A stretch of 64,000 bases of DNA, taken from assembly GCA_964007735.1 (NCBI GenBank), contig CAXGAI010000004.1, positions 1-64,000 on the forward strand. Reading direction: 5' to 3'. Made by a program: the position numbers and the translations under genes. This DNA is from an uncultured Rhodopirellula sp. (GTDB taxonomy: Bacteria; Planctomycetota; Planctomycetia; Pirellulales; Pirellulaceae). Numbering within the stretch: position 1 is the stretch's first letter; every line of letters begins with the position of its first letter. Under the pieces are notes generated by a model, which did no database searches, was not told where the DNA came from, and saw nothing but the letters and a program-made list of their open reading frames with translations. This document shows, one piece after another, positions 9,226 through 18,600 of the stretch.

Positions 9226-10227
9226 CTACTTGGTAGGAGCGGTCGTGGCTTTGAATGAGACGGTTTGCGTCTGCGTCTCTGTTTTAGGATTCAGCTTAAT
9301 AGCCTCCGTGAAATCGGCAACAGCTTCATCTTGCTGACCGTTTGCTTTGTAGGCCAGTCCACGATTGTAGAATGCTTGTGCCCATTTAGGTTTTAGTTCG
9401 ATCGCAATTGAATAATCGGCGATTGCTTTTTCATTTACACTTTGGCTGGCAAAGATGTCTGCCCGACTCATGTAGGCTCGAGCGTGTTCCGGATTGGCAC
9501 GAATTGTTTCGGTGAAATCTTTTATAGCCGCATCGAATTGCTGTGTGTTGTTGTAGATGATGGCCCGATTGAAGTAGGCGTCAGGATTGTCAGGATTCAG
9601 CTTGATAGCTTGAGTTAGATCCGTAATCGTCTTGTCGATTTTTCCCTGATTGGCGAAAGCCACTGCCCGATTGTTATAAGCTTCGACGAATTCTGGATTG
9701 ATGCGAATAGCTTCACTGAAATTCGTAATGGCGATATCAATATTGCCCTGGTTGGCGTATGAGACTCCTAATCGGTTATGAGCTTCCGCATGATCGACAT
9801 CTAATTGGATAACCGTGCCGTAATCAGCTATTTCAGCAGCCACATTTTTAAGTTTCCCCTGAGCTATGGCTCGTTTGTAATAGGCATCTACATTAATGGG
9901 ATCCAGTCGAATTGCATGGCCATAACATGCAATCGCTGTGTCGAGATCGTTCTTTGCAAAGAAAGCATCCCCCTTTTCAATTTCGAGAAGCACTCGTTTT
10001 TCGTTTGCGGAGGATTTCTCAACAGCTTTCAGTTCCTGCTGTGCCTCCTGAGAAAGTGAGCTAGTACCAACTTCATCGAACTCTTCTTCAATCTTGAGTT
10101 TGTCCAGTGTTCTGAACAGCGGTGCGGTTGTTAGCACATCTTGAAAAGGAATGGTTGGTGTACCAACACACCCGGTAAAGAGTAGTGAAGCTAGAGTGAG
10201 TAAGGAGCAAATGGTATGCTTTTTCAT
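9226..10227 (-). CDS. Tetratricopeptide-repeat lipoprotein
   Basis: Lipobox LFTGC; about seven 34-aa TPR units (AYxNRA...AIxDFTxAIxLNP). ATG start chosen at 10227. Confidence 0.9.
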   Translation of the reverse strand: MKKHTICSLLTLASLLFTGCVGTPTIPFQDVLTTAPLFRTLDKLKIEEEFDEVGTSSLSQEAQQELKAVEKSSANEKRVLLEIEKGDAFFAKNDLDTAIACYGHAIRLDPINVDAYYKRAIAQGKLKNVAAEIADYGTVIQLDVDHAEAHNRLGVSYANQGNIDIAITNFSEAIRINPEFVEAYNNRAVAFANQGKIDKTITDLTQAIKLNPDNPDAYFNRAIIYNNTQQFDAAIKDFTETIRANPEHARAYMSRADIFASQSVNEKAIADYSIAIELKPKWAQAFYNRGLAYKANGQQDEAVADFTEAIKLNPKTETQTQTVSFKATTAPTK

Positions 10228-10656
10228 GGTTTGATTTACCAAATACAGTGTTGTTTCCCGTCTAAGACGAGCATCATTCTGTTAGTGTGCGATGGTGGTT
10301 TAACACGTGAATTCACGCGCAAACCTATTTTCCGCTATATGCGTTTTTCGACCGCCCTATACGGAATCTTTAGAAAAACCGACATAACTGACATAAGCAG
10401 TACATTTTGACATTCAAACGCAGTGCTCTCCGCTTAATGTTTCTCCCTAATGCTCCCAGCCTGCCTAAACTGCCAGTGTCTTAACTGGGTTTAGAGTATG
10501 GAATCTCACCGTTTCCATGCGTCATTGAACGTGTTAGATTGAAGGCTCAAACAAAAGATTGTTAGCGATTTAGTAAATGCCTACCCGATCCGTGTTTGCC
10601 AAGGCCGTGACGGATGAATTTGGCGTAGGGCGCGATGCCCGAAAGAGATAGAACCC

Positions 10657-11172
10657 ATGGAAAGAATTAATGAATTACGTAGTCAGATGACGGATCCTGT
10701 GAAGGATCTCAAACTAAACCTTTCATCGGTACTGACTCAAAGTCAGGCACTATCACCCGAGGAAACCTGGGCGGTTGCTCTTTGTTCAGCTTACTTTATT
10801 CAGGATGCAAACTTGGCATCCGCAATAGAAGCCGATGCAGGAGACGAATTGAGTGCTGAGGCCAGAGAAGATGCTAAGGCGGCCGCAGCAATCATGGCGA
10901 TGAACACGGTGTACTACCGTTTCCGTCATATGGTTGGCAAAGAAAGTTATTCAAAGATGCCAGCGGGCTTGCGAATGAACCGCATGAATCGTCCAGCCAC
11001 GTCGATTGCTTTGTTCGAACTTTGCTCCATCGCCTGTGCTGCTCTGGAAGGTTGTGAATTGTGTATCCAATCTCACGAAGCCAAATTGACCGCAGAACTC
11101 AGTGAAAATCATGTTCATGAGGCAGTCCGTATCAGTGCCGTTATTAAAGGCGTGTCTGTCGCATTGGGCTAA
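10657..11172 (+). CDS. ahpD: Alkyl hydroperoxide reductase AhpD (CMD family)
   Basis: KDLKLNL, AAAIMAMNTVYYRFRH and FEL...GCELCIQSHE (CxxC + His). Confidence 0.88.
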   Translation: MERINELRSQMTDPVKDLKLNLSSVLTQSQALSPEETWAVALCSAYFIQDANLASAIEADAGDELSAEAREDAKAAAAIMAMNTVYYRFRHMVGKESYSKMPAGLRMNRMNRPATSIALFELCSIACAALEGCELCIQSHEAKLTAELSENHVHEAVRISAVIKGVSVALG

Positions 11173-11215
11173 AGAGGTGGTTGGCGACAACGAGATAAGT
11201 TAGAAGGATCAGCAG

Positions 11216-11704
11216 ATGGCATATTTTGAATCACTTCCTTATGGAATTGCTGACTTTACGACTGAGGTTGAACCTGAAGATGACCGCCTGTGGGTACCTC
11301 AGGCAGAGAATGTGTGGTTCCGCCCTCTCCATCTGAATCGCACATCGGGGCAATGGGTTAACCTCTTGAAGGTACGTAAGTCTGGCGTGCTCAGTCGTCA
11401 TCGCCATCCCGCTCCGGTGCACGGTTATGTGATTCGTGGTAGCTGGCGTTATCTTGAACATGATTGGGTGGCGACACCGGGAAGTTATGTTTACGAACCT
11501 CCCGGAGACGTCCATACGCTTGTATGTGATGAAGGTGTCGAAGAAATGATAACCCTCTTTCACATCAGCGGTGCGTTAATTTATCTGGACGAGAGCCTCG
11601 AGACCGTTGGCTATGATGATGTGCACAAGAAAATCGAAATGTGTATGGAACATTTCGAAAAAGTCGGCTTAGGTGCGGGCTATGTTGAGCAGTTTATTCG
11701 GTAA
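11216..11704 (+). CDS. 2,4'-dihydroxyacetophenone dioxygenase-family cupin
   Basis: LWVP...VWFRPL, RHRH, GSWRYLEHDW and YEPPGDVHTL. Confidence 0.82.
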   Translation: MAYFESLPYGIADFTTEVEPEDDRLWVPQAENVWFRPLHLNRTSGQWVNLLKVRKSGVLSRHRHPAPVHGYVIRGSWRYLEHDWVATPGSYVYEPPGDVHTLVCDEGVEEMITLFHISGALIYLDESLETVGYDDVHKKIEMCMEHFEKVGLGAGYVEQFIR

Positions 11705-11716
11705 TCGGAATTGGCA

Positions 11717-12427
11717 TCACATAATGCTGTAGCCACCATCCACGGGAAGTACGACACCTGTGACGAACTGAGCCTGCTCAGATGACAGGAACAGTGCCGG
11801 GCCCGCAACATCCGCGGGTGTTCCCCATCGATGAAGGGGCGTTCGGTCAATGATCTCACGGCTCCGCTTTTCATCTTCATAGAGCGGCTGTGTTAATGTT
11901 GTCTTAATCCATCCCGGAGCAATAGCATTCACGCGTATGTTTTCCGGTGCCCAGGCAATGGCCAGACTTTTTGTGAACTGCACAACTCCTCCTTTACTGG
12001 CGCTGTAAGCCGGAACATACCCGCTGCCGAAGAAACTGAGCATGGAAGCTGTATTAATGACACAGCCCTGACTGGCAGTTAGTAGTTGCTTAGCCGCATA
12101 GCACATACGCATCGTACCATTCAGGTTAATATCGAGTGCTTTTTCAAAACCTTCGGCTGTATGCTCCTGATTGTTACGCAAAATGACCCCTGCACAGTTT
12201 ATCAGTACGTCTAAATGGGTTAGAGCATTGAGCGTCGCCGTGATTTGTTCCTGCCTTGTAACATCCAGGACTCGGCAATCTAAATCAGGATATAAGTTGC
12301 GCGTTGCCTGTACCTCCTCATCGTTCACACCAGTGGCGATGACCTCGTACCCTGCTGACTGAAATCCTAAGCCAATCCCCAAGCCAATCCCGCTTGTGCC
12401 ACCGGTTATCAACACTGTTTTTGTCAT
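11717..12427 (-). CDS. Short-chain dehydrogenase/reductase
   Basis: TGGTSGIG, NCAG, YSASK, VNAIAPG and VDGG. Confidence 0.95.
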   Translation of the reverse strand: MTKTVLITGGTSGIGLGIGLGFQSAGYEVIATGVNDEEVQATRNLYPDLDCRVLDVTRQEQITATLNALTHLDVLINCAGVILRNNQEHTAEGFEKALDINLNGTMRMCYAAKQLLTASQGCVINTASMLSFFGSGYVPAYSASKGGVVQFTKSLAIAWAPENIRVNAIAPGWIKTTLTQPLYEDEKRSREIIDRTPLHRWGTPADVAGPALFLSSEQAQFVTGVVLPVDGGYSIM

Positions 12428-12602
12428 TGTTTACCGTCATCATGAGTTTTTGTAGCGTTTTTAACACATTACTAATTTTCATTGTATTACTTTGTTGATT
12501 GGCTACAAAATCTAGATACCGATAAAATAAGGAAAGCCTCCCATACTCGGGCTTTTGAGGAGATAGCTGGCATTAGGCGGACTCAATTAAAGAAACGATG
12601 TT

Positions 12603-15600
12603 ATGCAACTCGCTACGCACTTCGGACCCATTGCGATTCTGGGTCTTCTTGAATTTCTATTTGGTGATGGAACATGTTGCTTTTTCTTAGTCGTCATTGT
12701 GATTGTGATTATTGCGATACTGGCTAGTCGAGTCAAAGCAGCTACCGATAAACCCTGCTCTGAATGCGGTCACGGAAATGAAAGAGACGCACGTTTCTGT
12801 TCAAAATGTGGAGACGCATTAGGCTCTGCAAAGACTTCTAAATCCTTCTACCCCAACCTTAAATTACGGATTGCGAACTGGAAGAAATGGGGTTGGATTT
12901 CAGACGACGCTCATAAACGGCTTCAAGAGTTAAACGAAGCAGATGAGTTAGTCTTTCTAGGTCGTAGGCCTGAGACTCTTTCTTATATGGTGTCCCAGTC
13001 TGGGGTCGCTCCGAGCCAAGCCCCCGCGGAACCTATCGATGATGAGGAAACTACTAAGACCGCTGATGCTTCCTCAACTGCCAGTAATACTGAAACACCA
13101 GCCGAAGATCCGGTAGTCGAGCAGGCAAATCCGGTGGTTAAGCCCAGCGACTCTGAATCCTCCCAGACTGAGCCAATGAACCCATTGGCACCCAAGCCAG
13201 TAGTACCCAAGCCAGTAGTACCCAAGCCAGCCGCGGCACTGCCAAAACCATCACGGCCTCGAATTAAACCCAAATCTTCGAAGCCTTTATCTCCTTCTCC
13301 AAAACCTACGAAGTCACCGGTAAAGCCAAAGATTTCCAGTCCGATAGACGCTGCCCCGTCCAAGCCGATTAAAGATGTGAAGCCTGTTGTAGCGGTCCCT
13401 GTGCCTCCGCCAAGGCCGCCTCGCAGGTTATCCGATGTATTGCGGGCATTTATGGATGAAAGCAATATTAAACTGGGTGAGTTTGTTGCCGGTTTGTTGA
13501 TTGTCATTGGCTCGATTGGCCTGGTGACTGCGTTGAATGCCACATTCCAAGATAAGATTCCCTATCTTTCTTCGGTGGTATTTCTGACTGTTGTTACCTT
13601 GTTCCACGTTATCGGAATTTACTCGTTCAAAAAATGGAATCTTGTTTCTTCAAGTCGAGTCATATTGATCATTGGTAATTTGTTGATCCCTTTAAATGTG
13701 CTCATGACGACCATGGGGAATACTTCCATTCAGAACAATGGAATTATCTTCATTTTGGCGGTGCTGATTGCCGGCGTTAGTTTTGGGGCAATGAGTTTTT
13801 ACTCGGCGAAATTACTATCACCACAGCGACCCTGGTCTTTAATCATTGCCTTGATGGGGCCCTGTTTATGTCAACTAATTATAAAGCTTTCTGTAACGGT
13901 TGCTGATTTTAAGACATCGGTCTTTAATACCAATGTATTGATTCTGTTACCTCTCGCTTTCATTAGCTTGGCTGTTCTTAGTGAACATCGTTATTTCCGA
14001 AAAACAAAAGAGGTTTCACCGGATGATGCATTCTCGTTATTACGGGTTTTGGGCATGGGAGTGTTCTCTTTAGGTGCCTGTATCGCACTTCTGTTTGCAC
14101 GAACATCGACAGAGAATGGCATTGAGCTTTCACAAACCCTTTCCAACCCATTGATGATTCTCTGTTTTATCGTTGTTTCATCAGGCATGTTGATTTACAG
14201 AAGGATCGATAGCGACGATAGTTTGAAGTTGCAAATGGCAGGCATGTGGATGGCCGTAACCGGCACGATGGGAATCGTGATCATGATGCTGCTTGCCGTA
14301 CCGCATATCAACAGCATGATTACGGTGAGTTTTGTAGGCGCTGTTCTGGCTTTAATTTTCGGATATGTAACGAGAATTACATTCCTGACGGCTGCTGGTA
14401 CGCTGTGTATCGGTCTGGGTATCTGGAGTCGGTATCTAGGTTATCTACATTCTGAGAAGGAGGTTCTTGATTTATTAGAATTGCGTACTTCATTAATCGA
14501 CGGTATGACGTCGATTATTTTCACAATCACTGCTCTACTGACCGGCGCTTTACATTACATCTTTGAGAAAGTGGAAAATCGTGAAAGACCAGAGTTCAGC
14601 AAGGCTGGTTATCTGGGTGTTTTAATTTTAGCCGGCATCGGTTTGTTGAGTGCTTTTGGATCCAATTTGCCTTTCTTCGCTTCCGAAAATTCTGACCTGA
14701 CCTTAGCTGTCTTTTTGATTTATGCGGTCGCTGCTCTCGTCGCCTCATTATTCACTTCAAAAAAATTGGTTCATTATGTAGCAACTGGTTTGGTAATCGT
14801 CACGTCACTTAAGCTGGCCAACGCGGATTTTGTTGAAAGCTGGGGTTGGTTGCCGGAAGAAAATTGGCTCGGCCGGCTGACGGTCATGGGTTGGGCTTTC
14901 CTCACGGCTTACGTGGTGACGATGATTGCTCAGTGGAGTCTACAGAAGGCCCGAGCCGAAAAAATGGCGAAGTCCGGTAACTTGATTTCCGATTTTGAAT
15001 CCAACTGGCCGTTGACGATGACGACGCTTTCCTACTTTGTCGTAATGGCACTAAATTTCTTCTATCTCTATCTCGACCAGCAGTCTTATCAGGTGGCCGT
15101 GGGACAAAGTCTTTTGCTGCTTGGCGTGGCAGTGATTCTGGCGATTAGGCATCGGACAGACTGGACCTGGATGTTTGTTCAGATTCAGACGATTTGTGCA
15201 ATAGCCTGTATCACGACTCTGATTCATGAAGGATGGGATGACAAATTTGATTTCTGGAGATGGGAACATCTTCGTTGGCAAATGATTGTTTTGGCGGTTG
15301 GCATGCTTGGCTGGACAGCCGTTAGGAAAGTAAGCCAGCAATCACAACACTTAAAAGATGTTGTTGTGACCGACTTGATGTACGTCGATTTCTTTCTCCA
15401 CGCTCTCGCCACGACGATCGTTTATGTGATTTGGGTACTTATGCTGGTTAGTCCGCTGCAAAGTGTTTACGAGAATTCCAGATTTCTTGAAGAGATTTTA
15501 CAGTTTTACGGATCCTCTTCGGTTTCTGAGCCTCAGGATTGGATACTGTGGGCGCTTAATTTGCTGGCCTGGATTTGCGTGATTCCGGACAGGCATCGGC

Positions 15601-18600
15601 GGGTTTCCAGCTTCTGTGGTTTACTTACACTGAGCGCTTTACCGATTCTTGCCAGCACGAATATGGCTCATGTTTCGGCTAATGAAATCAACGGGATGGA
15701 TCTGATTCATTACCTTAAATGGGGGTATGGAATCTTTGGTGTGATTGTGACCGCATTGGTTTGTACTGACCGTTATTGGTGGCAGGCCCTGGAAGAAAAA
15801 TTCCCCCGGTTGATGGCCAATCAGGATCAGAAGTCGTCAGGTGAATATGCCGAATACACCTGGATGGCGCTGAGGATCGTTTCGTTTATTGCCGCTTCCT
15901 TACCCGTAGTGATATTAACGGCAGCCCACTTTGCTTATACATCTTCGGTGTCAGGAATTGGTACAAAAGATAATCTAACGGTACTACTGCAGTCAGAACA
16001 GAATACGTTGGCCGCGATGTGGAATTTCGGCGGCCCATTTTTCTTGCTAGTCATCTCCGCCTGGATCTGTGCCGTTCGTTCGCTCCGCCCGCTCTATTTA
16101 ATGGCAGCCTTTCCGATGTGGGTTTTGGGTTGGATGTTCTTCAGCCTGATCCCTCTTTGGACGGATGGAGCGGATCTCAACTTTCCCACCGCTTTTGAAA
16201 GTGCAAAATGGGCATTAATCGGAATTGGGATTTACGGTTTTGCCTGGTCTGCAGCCGGTCTCAAAGCTGATGGAAAGAGACGTCAACAACTGTTTCAAAC
16301 GTCTGCCGCGTCAAACTTTGTTTACTTCATCACGGCTTGCGGTGTTTGTTTATATGCTCTGGTTGTTAATCTGGACGCATTCGTGGTGATTCAAGAAGTC
16401 CAGTCTGCTGCTGAATGGGAAGGCTGGAGGCTGGCATTTGCTAATCCGTCTTCCTTTTTGTGTGTGGTGTTGTTACCGACGGTATGCTGGATGTTTAATC
16501 GCGTGAGTAATGACGACCGTGGAGTGTCCTTTGTCCTCATCGGTACAGTAGCTTTCAATGCAACCATCGCTCACTTAGCAGTTTCTGAAGCATCTTCGCC
16601 AGGTACGAGTGTTCTGTTCTTCCAGACGATTGGATGGATGGTCGCCATGTTTGCCTGTGTCATCGGTTTTGCCACTTGCCTCAAACTCGGAAAGTTTAAG
16701 GTTGAATCTGAGGAATCTCATTGGCTGACGGTGGGTCGAGTTCAGGGGCGTTGGGTTGGCTGGGTTTGGGCTTTAGCCTGTGTGATTTATGTTGCTTTCG
16801 CGATTTGCTGGAGTATGCCCGAAAGTGGAAGTACCAGCGTTGGTATAACTTACGACGATGGATTGCTGCTCAGTCTGATGACTCTGGTGGTCTTGCTAAG
16901 TATCACAATGAGTCAATTGGTTCAAAATGGCACAACGATAACTATGAGTTTATTGTTGATGTTCCCTCTCGCTGTACTGGCGAGCCTGAAGCTAGTTAGT
17001 CTCACAATGGTTGATCTCGAGTCCCTAAGTTCAGGTCTCGTCGCCAACGTTCCTAAGATTCTAGAAGGGAATAATCTGCCGTTGGGACGAATGATCATCG
17101 CTGGATTTGCAGTCTATGTGATTGCAACCTCGTTTATCCAATCGCAATGTCAGCGTTGGCTTGACTTTTCTGCACATAAGGAGCAGATCACACTCACAGT
17201 CTTACGTGGTTTGATGACACTGTGCGTCTCATTGCTTGTCATCCATTCGCTTGCCGCCTTTTGGGCATTACCACATAACCCAAAACTAGGTTGGTTCGAA
17301 TTTGACTTTGAGTGGGGTATCGTTCTATTGACGCTTATTGGTCTACAGGTGAGTAGCCAGGTTTTACAATTTGATCGACTCATTTCGTTACTTTACTTCT
17401 TTGGATTTTCAATCGCTACGACCTGTCTGATCTACCAATTTGATCCCAAAGTGAATTGGTCGCTAGCTGACAGGCAGATTTATCAATTCGCATTTTGGAT
17501 GATACTAGCTGGTTATATTGCCTTTTGGGGATTGCTCTATCGATTTAATCAATTTTCAACGGGTGTATTGGAAAAACTGCGATTACCCGGAGCATCCGAG
17601 TTGCTTGGTTGTAACCAGCATCGTATAGCAAGGCTCCAATTTTACCTGGGAGTCATCGTTTCGATGGTTGCATTACTGAGCACTTTTTATCTCAGTGGCT
17701 TAGACGAAGAAGTTACTTCCTATCGGTATCTGGCGTCGATTGCTCCGCTACTGGTCATCATTGGACTGGATTCCCTGCGTAGTACATCTCTTGACCGATA
17801 TCGCCAACACTTTACTCTTAACTTGCCGTTGCTATCTCTGACGATTTTGTTATGGGCTGGTATTAATCAGGACCTTACCAATATTGCAAGTTGGTACCAT
17901 CGCTCGGCCCGGATGTTTATAGCTTTTGCCATTCTGGGTTCGCTGAGTTATTTCACTTACCGGAAAATGAATATTCCGCGATGGAAGGCAGCGGTGGAAC
18001 AGTGGTTAGCTAATGTGGCAGTGATAGCATGTGTTTCCATTGTACTATCGCTCGTGCTCGAAACAGCTATTTATTCTTCTTCGGGAACCTTGCACGGTGT
18101 GATTGAGGATTTTGAGTTAGTTGGAATTAGTATTGGATTGGTCTGTGCTGTTCTCACACTGGCCTATATCGGTTTACGCCCTGAGTTTGATCAGTCATCG
18201 GGAGATTATCGCATTGTCCGACCGATGATGACATTTTTGTCGATGATTTTTCTTTCAGTGTTGTTCGGTCATTTGGAAATGGCAAGTTCCACAGATGGTG
18301 TTCGGTTTGCTCAAATGCTGGGATGGATTGTACTGTTAGTGGCGTCATTGGTTTGGCTTACTTTAATTGTGAAACGCCAAATTGTTGTCCGGGTTGATGA
18401 AAGTCGTCAGTGGACGAATCTTGCTAATTTCGGAGGAATCTGGATTTTATGGATGACCTTCCTGTCGGCTATCCTGGTAGCCGGCTGTCTCTATTTCTTC
18501 GGACAATCTCCGGCGGAAGTATGGTTCCGGTCGTACTTCCTACACTGGTTTATTCTCTCGCTGGTTGTATTCCTGTACTTGCTATTTTCCTCTATTCATC

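Noticed and set aside
9226..10000. Periodic ~102-bp similarity that might suggest a repeat array
   Set aside because: It corresponds to degenerate 34-aa TPR units, not CRISPR.
10216..10410. 64-aa ORF in the TPR-ahpD spacer
   Set aside because: No RBS or recognisable motif, and it overlaps the TPR gene start.
12367..12391. Short tandem repeat AAGCCAATCCC in the SDR gene
   Set aside because: Explained by the GIGLGIGLG coding sequence.
12983..13543. 186-aa minus-strand Gly-rich ORF
   Set aside because: Antisense shadow of the Pro-rich linker of the giant membrane protein.
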